DNA of 61,469 bases, filler included. It is 6 parts of 6 records of this genome, joined end to end, with 100 filler letters (N's around TTAATTAATTAA, not from the genome) between each part and the next. Parts side by side here need not be neighbours in the genome. Positions count along the whole stretch, not along the records: positions 16,468 to 30,543 come from SRR20825006_1827; positions 30,644 to 39,537 come from SRR20825006_1829; 4 more parts are not named here. The stretch is one strand, 5' to 3'. The notes under the pieces were generated by a model. It searched no databases. It worked only from the letters and a program-made list of their open reading frames with translations, and had not been told where the DNA came from. The translations under genes were made by a program, and so were the position numbers. Below are positions 26,561 through 38,010 of this stretch, piece after piece (the first letter of the stretch is position 1; each line of letters opens with the position of its first letter).

Positions 26561-28476
26561 GCACGGCCTCTTGTGGTCTCGTCGCCATCGAGGTCGCGCA
26601 GGGGCATGGCCTTGAACCGTTCGCGGATGGTGCCACGTTGCGAGCTTGGATAGGCGGCCAGAGGTGGCACCGCACCATGGAGCGCATAGAGCATCAAGTC
26701 GCGGGCAATCGGGGCGGCGACAGAGGAGCCGCCGCCGCCGTGTTCGACCACGACCGAGACGGCATAGCGCGGCGCATTATAGGGCGCGAAGGCGACGAAC
26801 AGTGCGTGATCGCGTTCGATCCATGGCACGTTATTGTTGTTCACCACGGCGGAGCGGACCTGTGCCGTGCCGGTTTTTCCCGCCATTTTCGTGGTGTCGT
26901 CTTCGATGCGCGCAGAAAAGGCGGTGCCACGATTTGAGTTGATCACCTCAAACATGCCCTGACGCACCGAGCGCAACATGTTCTCATTGAGCCCCAAAGG
27001 CGCGCCGCCGAGGATGTGTTGTTCGACCCCGTCGATGGATTTGATCATCCGGGGCAAGATCTCGCGGTTGGTTGCCAAACGCGCGGTCATCACCGCAAGC
27101 TGCATGGGGGTCGCCAGGACAAACCCCTGGCCAATGGCGGCGTTCAAACTGTCGCCCACCACCCATTCGGCACCGCGGTTTTCCAGTTTCCATTGCTTAT
27201 CGGGCATGAGCCCGGAATTGATCCCCGGAAGCGGCAGATCATAGCGCAGACCCAGCCCAAGTTTGCGGCCCATCTCAGCGATGTTTTCAATGCCTGCGCG
27301 CTGGGCCATCTCGTAATAATAGACGTCACAGGAATGGCGCAAGGAGCCGACCATATTCACATTGCCGTGCCCTGCGCGTTTCCAACAGTGAAAGCGCCGC
27401 CCGCCAATCTCAGTGTAACCCAGACAGCGGACCGTGTCTTCGGGCGTGACAACACCCGCCTCAAGCGCAGCCATGGCGGTGACCATTTTAAAGGTCGATC
27501 CGGGCGGGTAGGCGCCCTGAACCGATTTGGACGGCAAGGGGCGGTGATCGTTTTCCAACAGTTCATTATAAGCGGCCGAAGAAATTCCGCGCACGAACAG
27601 GTTTGGATCAAAGGCCGGGGTCGATCCGGCGGCCAGAATGTCGCCGGTTTCCACATCCATGATCACCGCAGAGGCGCTTTCACCGGCAAGTCGGGCTTGC
27701 ACGAAATTTTGCATGTTGCGATCCAGGGTGAGTTGCAGGTTCACCCCCGGTTCGCCTTCGTGACGGTCCAATTCGCGAATGATCCGACCATAGGCGTTTT
27801 GTTCCACCCGCAGCGATCCGGCCTTGCCGCGCAAAACATCCTCAAGTCGGCTTTCCGCTCCGGATTTGCCAATCTGGAATTTCGGAATGCGGTAGAGCGG
27901 GTCGATATTGTCCATTTTCGAGAGGTCATAATCGGACACGGGGCCAACATAGCCGACGACATGGGCGAAATCCTCATGCAGCGGATAATGGCGCGACAGG
28001 CCGACCTCCGGCGTCACCCCCGGAAGGGCCGGGCCATTGGCGGAGACGGACGAAAACGCTTCCCAACTCAAACGGTCGGCGATGGTCACGGGGGCAGAGG
28101 GGCCGGCTTTTTTCAACTCGGCGCGCACACGCTCCTGTTCTTCAAGCGGCAGGCCGATCAAGCGCTCCAATTCCGCCAAAACCTGATCCAATTCGCTGGC
28201 GTCCTCTTTGCGGATCACAATGCGAAAGGTCTGTTCGTTTTCGGCAATCACCGCACCGTTGCGGTCATAGATCAATCCGCGCGCCGGGGGTAAAAGCCGG
28301 AATTTGACGCGGTTTTCCTCGGCCAAAAGCCGGAATTCATCGGCTTGATCGACCTGCATATAGCGCATTCTGAGGCCAAGAATGCCCATAAACGCCAATT
28401 GGCTGCCGCCCAAAAACAACGCCCGACGTGAGATTTTGCGGGCAGACAGCGCGGTGTCTGCGGGGGAACGCCTCAT
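26557..28476 (-). CDS. mrdA: Penicillin-binding protein 2
   Basis: PARGLIYDRNG, SxxK (STFK), SxD (SCD), KTG. Confidence 0.96.
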   Translation of the reverse strand: MRRSPADTALSARKISRRALFLGGSQLAFMGILGLRMRYMQVDQADEFRLLAEENRVKFRLLPPARGLIYDRNGAVIAENEQTFRIVIRKEDASELDQVLAELERLIGLPLEEQERVRAELKKAGPSAPVTIADRLSWEAFSSVSANGPALPGVTPEVGLSRHYPLHEDFAHVVGYVGPVSDYDLSKMDNIDPLYRIPKFQIGKSGAESRLEDVLRGKAGSLRVEQNAYGRIIRELDRHEGEPGVNLQLTLDRNMQNFVQARLAGESASAVIMDVETGDILAAGSTPAFDPNLFVRGISSAAYNELLENDHRPLPSKSVQGAYPPGSTFKMVTAMAALEAGVVTPEDTVRCLGYTEIGGRRFHCWKRAGHGNVNMVGSLRHSCDVYYYEMAQRAGIENIAEMGRKLGLGLRYDLPLPGINSGLMPDKQWKLENRGAEWVVGDSLNAAIGQGFVLATPMQLAVMTARLATNREILPRMIKSIDGVEQHILGGAPLGLNENMLRSVRQGMFEVINSNRGTAFSARIEDDTTKMAGKTGTAQVRSAVVNNNNVPWIERDHALFVAFAPYNAPRYAVSVVVEHGGGGSSVAAPIARDLMLYALHGAVPPLAAYPSSQRGTIRERFKAMPLRDLDGDETTRGRA

Positions 28477-29012
28477 CGCACATACCTCATCTCATCGGCC
28501 TCAGACGGGGTGATCTTGGTCACATTCATCGCCAAGGCGGATATCAGAACGACGGCTGGATAGGCGATCACCGTCGAAATTTGTCCCAAAATCGTCAACA
28601 TGAGAGGCGCTTGATCGACCATGAAGAGTGCCAGGACGAAACGGTACAGAAGCGCCATGGCCAGCATCACCCCGGCCACCATCGCCCATTCGACAACAAA
28701 GGACATGTCACGCGATGTCGGTTCGCGCCGACGCAGGAATTCAAGGCCGATCACAGCCAGCGCGGTCCATAGTCCGGGCGGGCGCATAAAGATGAAATCC
28801 GCCAAAAGCAGGATCGCGGCGAACAAAAAGACCGGGACATAATCCGGGCGTCTGAGCACCCATGCAAAGGCAAACGCCAACAAAAGATCCGGTCCCGGCC
28901 AATGGCCGTATCCGACCTTAAGAGGCAGAAGATAAAAGAAAAACGTTATCATAGAGAGGGCGAGAAACGCGACTCTGTAGCTCCACCGTCGTGTGGTGCG
29001 CGGGTCAACCAT
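28473..29012 (-). CDS. mreD: Rod shape-determining protein MreD
   Basis: Hydrophobic; PDLLLAFAFAWVLRRP; between mreC and mrdA. Confidence 0.9.
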   Translation of the reverse strand: MVDPRTTRRWSYRVAFLALSMITFFFYLLPLKVGYGHWPGPDLLLAFAFAWVLRRPDYVPVFLFAAILLLADFIFMRPPGLWTALAVIGLEFLRRREPTSRDMSFVVEWAMVAGVMLAMALLYRFVLALFMVDQAPLMLTILGQISTVIAYPAVVLISALAMNVTKITPSEADEMRYVR

Positions 29013-29913
29013 CGGGATTGGCCTCCGCGTCTTGTGGCAGGGTCGTCAATGGCGTGTCCGGCAGGATCAACCCACCCGGATCGCTGATCTGTTCGCTCTC
29101 ATGGGTTCTGAGCACCCGCAGGTAATCCAGACGTTCGTAATCCGCCGCCAAAATCACCCGCAGGCGCCGATCCGGGCCCATCGCAACCTGTCCGATCAGC
29201 AGATCGGTGGGAAACACGCCGCCATCGCCCGACGACACCACGCGGTCGCCGGGACGGACAAGTTCGGGGCTTTCGATGAAATCCAAAGGTGGGCGGCTGC
29301 TGTTGTCGCCAGACAGGATGGCGCGTTGGCCCGAGGGTTGGATCGTGGCGGGCAGACGCGAATTGCTGTCGGTCAGCAGGATCACCCGTGAGGTGTTGGT
29401 GCCAACGCCCGAAATCCGTCCAACCAGCCCGATTCCGTCCATCGTGGCCCAGCCATCGCGGATGCCATCGCGCGACCCGACGTTCAACAGCACGGATTGC
29501 CGAAAGGGCGAACCCGAATCCGCCATCACCACGCCGGTGACATAGGTGTATTTCGGGTCGATCCGCACTTTGTTGAGGTCCAACAGCTTGGCGTTCTTCT
29601 GTTCCAACTGTAGCGCCGCCTCTTTCCAAGCCTGCATCTGACGCAGTTCCCGGCGGAGCTCCTGGTTCTGGTCATAGATGCGTTGATAGCTTTGGAAATT
29701 CTCCACCATGCCAACGGTTTTGGTCACGGGAACCAAAGCCCATTCGAAAGAAGGCACAAATTTATCAATAAGTTGCGCGCGCATGCGCTCAACGCGCGGA
29801 CTGTCAATCCGCCAGAGGATGAACAGCCCGACAAGGCACAGCAACAGAATCCCGATCAGCAAACGCCGGATCGGGCGGACATAGTCCTCTGAATTGCCTC
29901 TGTCTTTGGCCAC
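29005..29913 (-). CDS. mreC: Rod shape-determining protein MreC
   Basis: TM plus coiled coil, GLVGRI, SRVILLTD, GDRVVSSGDGGVFP. Confidence 0.95.
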   Translation of the reverse strand: MAKDRGNSEDYVRPIRRLLIGILLLCLVGLFILWRIDSPRVERMRAQLIDKFVPSFEWALVPVTKTVGMVENFQSYQRIYDQNQELRRELRQMQAWKEAALQLEQKNAKLLDLNKVRIDPKYTYVTGVVMADSGSPFRQSVLLNVGSRDGIRDGWATMDGIGLVGRISGVGTNTSRVILLTDSNSRLPATIQPSGQRAILSGDNSSRPPLDFIESPELVRPGDRVVSSGDGGVFPTDLLIGQVAMGPDRRLRVILAADYERLDYLRVLRTHESEQISDPGGLILPDTPLTTLPQDAEANPDG

Positions 29914-29975
29914 GGTTCGCTCCCGACGTCTTCGTCACGGCTCAGCCGAAAAAAAGGCTCTGCACGCGGCAGGGC

Positions 29976-30543
<568 letters not shown>

Positions 30544-30643
30544 NNNNNNNNNNNNNNNNNNNNNNNNNNNNNNNNNNNNNNNNNNNNTTAATTAATTAAN
30601 NNNNNNNNNNNNNNNNNNNNNNNNNNNNNNNNNNNNNNNNNNN
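30544..30643. other. Artificial contig linker
   Basis: N44-TTAATTAATTAA-N44. Confidence 0.99.
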
Positions 30644-32037
30644 GTGACAAAGATCACCTTGTAGAGCGAGAAGAAGATCGGGATCTGCATCAGGATCGGC
30701 AGACAGCCCGCGGCGGGGTTCACCTTGTTCTTCTTGTAGAGCTCCATCATGCCCTGCTGGACCTTTTGACGGTCGTCGCCGGCATCGGCTTTCATCTTCT
30801 CCATCTCGGGCTGCAATTCTTTCATGCGCGCCATCGAGACGTAGGATTTGTAGGCCAGCGGGAACAGCACGGCCTTGATGATCAGCGTCAGGGTGATGAT
30901 CGAAAGACCCATGTTGCCGATCAGCTTGTGCAACTCGTGCAGCAGCCAGAAGATCGGCTTGGTCAGGAAAAAGAACCAGCCCCAGTCGATGCTGTCGACA
31001 AAGCCGCTGATGCCTGCCTTTTGATAGGCTTGCAGGACTTCCCATTCCTTGGGGCCTGCGAACATCTGTGTGTCGCTGGTGACGGTCTGGCCCGGCTCGA
31101 CGGTGCGTGTGGGCAGGCGCGTGACGGCACGGTAGACGTTGGCGGCCTGGTCATAGGTCAGCGCCTGGTCAAAGGTTGTGCCGGTCTCGGGGATCAGGAT
31201 CGTCTGCCAGTAGTGGTCCGAAAAGCCGATCCAGCCCTCGGTGACGTCCTTGGTCACGATGGCGGGGCGGCCCCATGCGGGGTCGACGTCGGCATCGGGG
31301 ATTTCGTCCCATTTGGTCTCTGTCAGCTCGCCATTGGCCATGGCAACCGCACCTTCGTGCAGGATGAAGAATTTCTTCAGGCCCGATGGCTCACCATGGC
31401 GCACGACCATGCCATAGGGGGCTGCGCGCACGGCGGTGTCGCTGTTGTTGCTCAGGGTCTGGACGATGTTGAACATATATTCGTCGTCCACCGAAATCTC
31501 GCGGCGGAAGACCAGACCGTTGCCGTTGTCCCATTCCAGCGTCACAGGCGTGTCGACCGTCAGCGCGCCTGTGCCCACTTGCGTCCATTCGGTCGACGGG
31601 CCGGGCACCGCATCGGCGGGCAGGTCGCCAGCGGGGGCCCAGCCTTGAAGCGCGTAATAGGCATCGGGCGAGCCGACGGGCGCCAGCATGGTGACGGTCT
31701 CGGAATCGGGTTCGATGGTGACGTGGTAGTCTTTCAGGCGCAGCTGATCGAGACGGCCACCGGCCAGCGAGATCGAGCCGTCCAGACGCGCGGTGTCGAT
31801 CTGGATGCGCGGCGCTTCCACGGCAGCGACGGGGGCCTGTGTCACTGGCGCTGCAGCGTCGGGCTGGTTCGCCGTGCCAGAAGGCACGGTCGCGGTGCCT
31901 TCAGTGTTCTGCACCTGCTCGGTCGGAGTTTCAGTCGCCGGATCGGGTTCGGGCGGGGGAAACGCCACGAACCAGACAAGGATCACGACGAAGCTGAGAG
32001 CTGTTGCAAGAATAAGGTTCTTGTTCTGATCGTCCAT
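30644..32037 (-). CDS. yidC: Membrane protein insertase YidC (3'-partial)
   Basis: MDDQNKNLILA, IDWGWFFFLTKP, SMARMKELQP, GCLPILMQIPIFFSLY. Confidence 0.96.
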
Positions 32038-32164
32038 AGGGACAGGCACCTGCGCAATTTGTATATCACGCAGGGTTCAACAGAGATGGGACCCAAAGGT
32101 CAAGCGGATTCGGGGACGCGGGCGCTGACCCGCCGCGCCTTATCCGCGCAGGCAGGACGGTGTT

Positions 32165-33715
32165 TCACAGGGCCGAACCCCGTCTGCCGCTGATCGCGGG
32201 CGCGTCCGCAAGCTTGGCATTGTGGCTGCGCATCCAGTTCAGGGTCTGGTCAAAGGGGATGGGCCGGCAGATGCCAAAGCCCTGCACATGGTCACAGCCC
32301 AACTGCGCCAGCAACGCGTGTTCGCCAACCGTTTCAACCCCTTCGGCCAGCGTTTCGACCTGCAACCGTTCGGCCATGGTCAGGATGGCGCTGATCATCC
32401 GCTGTTGTTCCGGGTCGCGGTCGGATTTCATCACGAAACTGCGGTCGATCTTGATCCGGCTGACGGAAAACCGCCGGATCGCCGCAATCGACGCATTACC
32501 AGTGCCAAAGTCGTCCAGGTCAATCCGGCACCCCAGCTTGCCCAGTCCGCCCAGATTGCGACAGACCACATCGTCAGGGGCGGCGGTCACCACGGTTTCC
32601 AGCACCTCGACCGCCAGCCGGTCGGCGGCCAGGTCAAAGCGGTCCAGCTCCCATGTGATCTTTTCCACCAGACGGGGATTGCGCAATTCGCTGCCCGAAA
32701 AGTTCACGCCAACCTGTGGCACATGCTCGCCCGCGGCATCCCACGCCTTGAGCGCGGTAAAGGTGTGGTACATCATCACCTCGGACAGGCGTTCCAGCAG
32801 ACCACCCTGTTCCAGAGCGGGCAGGAATTCGGCAGGGGGGATCACGCCGCGTTCGGGGTGGACCCAGCGCGCCAGCGCCTCGAACCCTGAAACCTTGCCG
32901 GTGTCGGTGGAAATCTGCGGTTGGTACCATGGCTGGATATGCCCGCTTTCCAGGGCAAGGGCGGCCTCTTCGCGCAGCGCGGTGCGGGCGGTGGTGGCAA
33001 TCTGCATCTCATGGGAAAAGGCGCGGATCGTCGAGGGACCGCGCCTGCGCGCCTCCACCAGAGCCGTGCGCGCCGCGGTCATCCACGGAATGCTGCCGGG
33101 TTCGGGGGCGCGGGCGTTCAGGCAAAAACCCACAGCGCAGGACATATAGACGGTGGTGCCATCCACAGCGATCGGCTCTTCTATGGCGGACTGAATGCGG
33201 CTGGCCATCTGAATGCATGTCTCAAGATCGAACCGCGTCGACGGCGCGCAGCAGATGGCAAAGCGGGCGTCCCCCGTTCGGGTCACCACGTCATCGTCAC
33301 GCAGGGCGGTAACAATCCGCTGTGTCACCCGCGCGGCCACCGTGTCGGCGGCGGCTTGTCCGTGCTGGTTGATGAGGCTTTCAAAATCGTCCAGCTCCAG
33401 CATCAGCATGGCGGAAGACAATTGTTGTTCCTGCGCGGTCTGCCAGATGCGCGCGGCCATCTCGTCGAAATGGGCACGTTGCAGTATGCCGGTGGTGGCA
33501 TCGCGCATGGTGTCCACGCCACCCCCGCCCGAGGAATGCAGCGCCAGAAGCAGCATCGGCACAACGATGCCGATACCGACAAAGACCGTTTCGCCACCCC
33601 ACCAGTAGGCGGCCAGCATCACCGCCGACAAGAATGCCAGCGCCTGCGGGCCATGGAACACAATTCGCAGATCTTCACGCAATCGGGTCAAATATCGTGA
33701 TCGGCGTTTGGCCAT
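32165..33715 (-). CDS. Membrane-anchored degenerate GGDEF plus EAL protein (probable c-di-GMP phosphodiesterase)
   Basis: Two N-terminal TMs; GGDEF replaced by TGDAR; intact EAL, DDFGTG, KIDRSF, AEGVE. Confidence 0.9.
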   Translation of the reverse strand: MAKRRSRYLTRLREDLRIVFHGPQALAFLSAVMLAAYWWGGETVFVGIGIVVPMLLLALHSSGGGGVDTMRDATTGILQRAHFDEMAARIWQTAQEQQLSSAMLMLELDDFESLINQHGQAAADTVAARVTQRIVTALRDDDVVTRTGDARFAICCAPSTRFDLETCIQMASRIQSAIEEPIAVDGTTVYMSCAVGFCLNARAPEPGSIPWMTAARTALVEARRRGPSTIRAFSHEMQIATTARTALREEAALALESGHIQPWYQPQISTDTGKVSGFEALARWVHPERGVIPPAEFLPALEQGGLLERLSEVMMYHTFTALKAWDAAGEHVPQVGVNFSGSELRNPRLVEKITWELDRFDLAADRLAVEVLETVVTAAPDDVVCRNLGGLGKLGCRIDLDDFGTGNASIAAIRRFSVSRIKIDRSFVMKSDRDPEQQRMISAILTMAERLQVETLAEGVETVGEHALLAQLGCDHVQGFGICRPIPFDQTLNWMRSHNAKLADAPAISGRRGSAL

Positions 33716-33789
33716 GAGAATCCCTCGAAGAACATGCGTGCAGGCGCATTGAGCACCGGCAGAGTGCCGCGAGGGATATGACGCCGAGG

Positions 33790-34683
33790 TTAACGCAGGT
33801 CGGGAATACCGTCTGCATTTGGTTCAAATTTTTCTGAACTCAGCATCAACCCGGCAAAATCGAACAGTTTCGGGTCCAACAGATGCGACGGACGCGCGTT
33901 CATCAGTGCGCGGAACATCACCTGACGGCGGCCGGGGCTGTTGGCCTCCCAACCGTCGAGGATCTGCTTGACCTGTTGACGTTGCAAGCCGTCCTGGCTG
34001 CCGCACAGGTCGCAGGGGATGATCGGGTAGTTCATCGCGCGGGCGAATTTCTCGCAATCCGCCTCGGCCACATGGGCCAGCGGGCGATAGAGGAACAGGT
34101 CGCCCTCTTCGTTGACCAGTTTCGGCGGCATCGTCGCCAGACGGCCACCGTGGAACAGGTTCATGAAAAATGTCTCTAGAATATCGTCGCGGTGGTGGCC
34201 CAGCACCACGGCGCTGCACCCTTCCTCGCGGGCGATGCGATAGAGGTTGCCGCGCCGCAACCGCGAGCACAGCGCGCAGAAGGTGCGCCCTGCGGGCACC
34301 TTGTCGACGACGATGCTGTAGGTGTCCTGATATTCGATGCGATGCGGCACGCCCATGCGTTCCAGAAACTCGGGCAGGACGGTGGCGGGAAAATTCGGTT
34401 GCCCCTGATCCAGGTTGCACGCCAGCAGATCCACCGGCAGCAGGCCGCGCCATTGCAATTCGTGCAGCACGGCCAGCAGGGTATAGCTGTCTTTGCCGCC
34501 CGACAGGCACACCAGCCACTTTTGCCGCTTGGCGCCGGGTTCATGCGCGCCCGCATCGATCATGCCGTATTGTTCGATCGCCTCGCGGGTATAACGCACG
34601 ATGCGCTTGCGCAGCTTGCGAAACTCGGTGGTTTCGGGGGCACCTTCGAACAGGGCATGGATTTCTGAAATCTCGTCACGCAT
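33790..34683 (-). CDS. ttcA: tRNA 2-thiocytidine(32) synthetase
   Basis: PP-loop [28 protein letters not shown]. Confidence 0.96.
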   Translation of the reverse strand: MRDEISEIHALFEGAPETTEFRKLRKRIVRYTREAIEQYGMIDAGAHEPGAKRQKWLVCLSGGKDSYTLLAVLHELQWRGLLPVDLLACNLDQGQPNFPATVLPEFLERMGVPHRIEYQDTYSIVVDKVPAGRTFCALCSRLRRGNLYRIAREEGCSAVVLGHHRDDILETFFMNLFHGGRLATMPPKLVNEEGDLFLYRPLAHVAEADCEKFARAMNYPIIPCDLCGSQDGLQRQQVKQILDGWEANSPGRRQVMFRALMNARPSHLLDPKLFDFAGLMLSSEKFEPNADGIPDLR

Positions 34684-34724
34684 GGGGGCTGAATACTCTT
34701 ATGCGGGCGGCAAAGCCAGTGGGG

Positions 34725-34970
34725 TCAGTCGTGGGTGTGGTCGGGCCCGGAATCGGGGACGGGGTCGTATCCGTCGCCGCCCCAGGGGTGACAGCGGCCA
34801 ATGCGGCGGGCGGCCAGCAGGCTGCCGCGCAGGGCGCCGTGTTTTTCCAGCGCCTCCATCGCATAGGTGCTGCAGGTGGGTTGATAGCGGCAGTTGAACC
34901 CGACCCAGGGCGAGAACACCAACCGATAGGCGCGCACGGGCAGGGCGACCAGATGGGCCAGCGGAGTCAT
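34725..34970 (-). CDS. yidD: Membrane protein insertion efficiency factor
   Basis: [29 protein letters not shown]. Confidence 0.95.
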   Translation of the reverse strand: MTPLAHLVALPVRAYRLVFSPWVGFNCRYQPTCSTYAMEALEKHGALRGSLLAARRIGRCHPWGGDGYDPVPDSGPDHTHD

Positions 34971-35377
34971 TTGGTGGCCAAGGCGGCACGCAGGTCGGCG
35001 CGCATCTGTTCGAAATCGCGGGTGGCAGTCACCTGATGGCGCCCGATCAACACGTAATCTGTGCCGGCGGTGCCATGCTCGGGCAGTTCCAGCCGCGCGA
35101 TTTCGCGCAGGCGGCGCTTGGCCCGGTTGCGGGCAACGGCATTGCCGACCTTTTTGGAACAGGTGAACCCCACACGCAGCGGCGCATCATCGCCACGGCT
35201 GCGGATTTGCAGCACAAAGCCGGGCGTGACCACACGGGGGCCACGCGACGCGCGCAGGAAATCGGCGCGGTTCTTCAGGATCTGGTCGCTTTTGAGGGAC
35301 GCCAAACGTGACAAACCCGCCCGAGGCTGGTCCGATCCAGCGCGAACGCTGTCTGCGGGGGCCTCCGGCGGGGTCAT
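34967..35377 (-). CDS. rnpA: Ribonuclease P protein component
   Basis: [25 protein letters not shown]. Confidence 0.95.
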   Translation of the reverse strand: MTPPEAPADSVRAGSDQPRAGLSRLASLKSDQILKNRADFLRASRGPRVVTPGFVLQIRSRGDDAPLRVGFTCSKKVGNAVARNRAKRRLREIARLELPEHGTAGTDYVLIGRHQVTATRDFEQMRADLRAALATK

Positions 35378-35399
35378 GTAGATACCGTGACGCAGGCGC

Positions 35400-35534
35400 T
35401 TACGCGCTCAGCGACTTCCGGCCACGTGCGCGACGTGCGTTCAGGATCTTGCGACCTGCTTTTGTCGCCATGCGCGCGCGGAAACCGTGGCGCCGTTTGC
35501 GCACGAGGTTGCTTGGTTGAAAGGTGCGTTTCAT
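35400..35534 (-). CDS. rpmH: 50S ribosomal protein L34 (absent from the ORF track)
   Basis: Translated by hand: [44 protein letters not shown], 44 aa. Confidence 0.97.
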
Positions 35535-35602
35535 CGCTCCGTCTCCGTCTTTTCGGATGGGCTGCGCGGAATCGCTGTGCCCGGAATATGTTCAAGGCCC
35601 GT

Positions 35603-35631
35603 CCTCTAACCGCCGTAGGGGGGCAAGTCAA
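35603..35631 (-). promoter_or_regulatory. Sigma70 promoter of rpmH-rnpA-yidD
   Basis: TTGACT-N17-TAGAGG on the minus strand. Confidence 0.6.
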
Positions 35632-35839
35632 ACCCTCAAACGGACAAATCATGCCCCAAGGTGCAACATTCGCGGGGCTGTGGCGGTTTTAATGTTTCAA
35701 AACCACGCCGATAGGGTGGAAATGGCTCTGAAACAGTCACCGGCGATCACCCGCGCGTGACCAGACTGTTACAGCCATCGGCGCGCCCGTACCTATAGGT
35801 TACACCAAACGCATATAAATGCCAAAGGCCGCCTGATCC

Positions 35840-36580
35840 ATGCCCCAAGACCCGACCAAATCCAATACATCCGCGCTGCTGCGCCGTTTGCCGCTGGTTG
35901 CGATTCTGCTGGTGGCGGCGGTGGGGGCGTTCACCCTGCGCGATTACCTGAGTTTCGACACCCTGCGTGACAACCGCGCAGCGCTGCTGGCGTTTCGGGA
36001 CGCACATTTCGCGCTGACGGCGCTGGGCTTTGTTGCGGCTTATGTTCTGATCGTAGCGTTCTCCTTGCCGGGGGCGACGATTGCGACGCTGACGGGCGGG
36101 TTTCTGTTCGGCACGGTGCTGGGGTCGGTGTTCAACGTCACGGCGGCCACCCTTGGGGCCACGCTGATCTTTCTGGCGGCGCGGCACGGGCTGGGCGCGC
36201 AGCTGGGTTCAAAGCTGGAGAACAGCAAAGGTGTGGTGAAGCGGATCAAGGACGGGATTGATCAGAACCAGTGGTCGATGCTGTTCCTGATCCGGCTGGT
36301 GCCTGCGGTGCCGTTCTTCGTGGCCAATCTGGTGCCTGCGTTCATGCAGGTGCCCCTGTACCGTTACGTGGTGTCGACGTTTTTCGGCATCATGCCGGGG
36401 GCGGTCGTCTATACGTCGGTGGGGGCCGGGCTGGGCGAAGTGTTCGCACGGGCTGAAACGCCGGACTTGGGCATTATCTTTGCACCACATATTCTGTTCC
36501 CGCTGCTGGGGCTGGTGGCGCTGGCCTTGCTGCCTGTCCTTTACAAAGCCGTTACCGGCAAGAAAGACGTTCTGACATGA
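35840..36580 (+). CDS. TVP38/TMEM64 (DedA/VTT domain) membrane protein
   Basis: SLPGATIATLTGGFLFG, GATLIFLAAR, IRLVPAVPF motifs. Confidence 0.9.
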   Translation: MPQDPTKSNTSALLRRLPLVAILLVAAVGAFTLRDYLSFDTLRDNRAALLAFRDAHFALTALGFVAAYVLIVAFSLPGATIATLTGGFLFGTVLGSVFNVTAATLGATLIFLAARHGLGAQLGSKLENSKGVVKRIKDGIDQNQWSMLFLIRLVPAVPFFVANLVPAFMQVPLYRYVVSTFFGIMPGAVVYTSVGAGLGEVFARAETPDLGIIFAPHILFPLLGLVALALLPVLYKAVTGKKDVLT

Positions 36581-37995
36581 CCTCTATCAAAACCGACATT
36601 CTGATTATTGGCGCAGGCTCGGGCGGGCTGTCGGTGGCGGCGGGGGCTGTGCAGATGGGTGCGGACGTGACCCTGTTGGAAGGGCACAAGATGGGCGGCG
36701 ATTGCCTGAACTACGGCTGTGTGCCGTCCAAGGCGCTGATCGCGGCGGCCAAGGCAGCCCACGGGCAGCGGCACAGCGCGCAATACGGTGTCGCCGATGC
36801 GCCCGGGACGGTAGATTATGCCGCCGTCATGGAGCACGTGGCCGACGTGATCGCCCAGATCGCCCCGGTGGACAGTGTCGAGCGATTCGAGGGTCTGGGT
36901 GTGCGGGTGATCCGCGAATGGGGTCGTTTCACCGGTCCGCACAAGGTGCAGGCAGGCGACGTGGAAATCACCGCGCGCCGGATCGTGATCGCCACAGGGT
37001 CGTCGCCGCTGGTGCCGCCGATCGACGGGCTGGACAGCGTGCCGTTCATGACCAACGAGACCCTGTTCGATCTGCGCGACCGGCCAGACCACCTGTTGAT
37101 TGTCGGCGGTGGTCCCATCGGAATGGAAATGGCGCAGGCGCATGTGCGGCTGGGCTGCAAGGTGACGGTGATCGAGGGCGACACCGCGCTGGGCAAGGAT
37201 GATCCCGAGCTGGCGCAGGTTGTCCTGCAATCGCTGAAGGACGAAGGCGTCGAGATTGCCGAGAATGCCAAGGCGTCGCGCATCAGCGGCAGCGCGGGCG
37301 ACATCACCATCGAAACCGAAGACGGGCGCAGCTTTCACGGCACGCACCTGTTGATGGCGGTGGGGCGCAAGACCAACACCGAACGGCTGAACCTTGAGGC
37401 TGCGGGAATCGCAACCACAAAGCGCGGCGTGAAAGTGGACGACAGCCTGCGCACCAGCAACCGTCGTGTCTATGCCATCGGCGATGTGGCCGGGGGCATG
37501 CAGTTCACCCATGTGGCGGGCTATCATGCGGGGGTCATCATCCGGTCGATGCTGTTCAGCCTGCCGTCCAAGGCCAAGACGGCGCATATACCCTGGGCCA
37601 CCTACACCGACCCCGAACTGGCACAGGTCGGCCTGACCGAGGCGCAGGCGCGGGCGCAGCATGGCGACCGGCTGGAGGTCGTGCGGTTCGACTATCACCA
37701 CAACGACCGCGCCATCGCCGAACGCAAGACGCGCGGCTTTATCAAGGTGATGGTGGTCAAGGGACGTCCCGTGGGGGCGTCCATCGTCGGTTATCAGGCG
37801 GGCGAGTTGATCAACCTGTGGGCGCTGGCGCTGGCCAACAATATGAAGATGGGCCAGATCGCCGCCATGGTGTCGCCCTATCCGACCATCGGCGAGGTCA
37901 ACAAACGCGCGGCGGGTGCCTATTTCAGCCCGCGTCTGTTTGACAGTACACTGGTCAAAACCGTCGTCGGACTTGTCCAGCGCTTCATTCCCTGA
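36577..37995 (+). CDS. FAD-dependent pyridine nucleotide-disulfide oxidoreductase (MerA/LpdA-like)
   Basis: GAGSGG, redox motif GGDCLNYGCVPSK, GGGPIG, YPT; no MerA C-terminal CC. Confidence 0.9.
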   Translation: MTSIKTDILIIGAGSGGLSVAAGAVQMGADVTLLEGHKMGGDCLNYGCVPSKALIAAAKAAHGQRHSAQYGVADAPGTVDYAAVMEHVADVIAQIAPVDSVERFEGLGVRVIREWGRFTGPHKVQAGDVEITARRIVIATGSSPLVPPIDGLDSVPFMTNETLFDLRDRPDHLLIVGGGPIGMEMAQAHVRLGCKVTVIEGDTALGKDDPELAQVVLQSLKDEGVEIAENAKASRISGSAGDITIETEDGRSFHGTHLLMAVGRKTNTERLNLEAAGIATTKRGVKVDDSLRTSNRRVYAIGDVAGGMQFTHVAGYHAGVIIRSMLFSLPSKAKTAHIPWATYTDPELAQVGLTEAQARAQHGDRLEVVRFDYHHNDRAIAERKTRGFIKVMVVKGRPVGASIVGYQAGELINLWALALANNMKMGQIAAMVSPYPTIGEVNKRAAGAYFSPRLFDSTLVKTVVGLVQRFIP

Positions 37996-38010
37996 CACCG
38001 TAAAGATGCA

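Noticed and set aside
36577-37995. Mercuric reductase (merA) call
   Set aside because: No C-terminal Cys-Cys, no NmerA domain and no mer operon genes
30766-37998. Antisense ORFs of 475 and 485 aa over yidC and the flavoprotein
   Set aside because: Same shadow-ORF artefact
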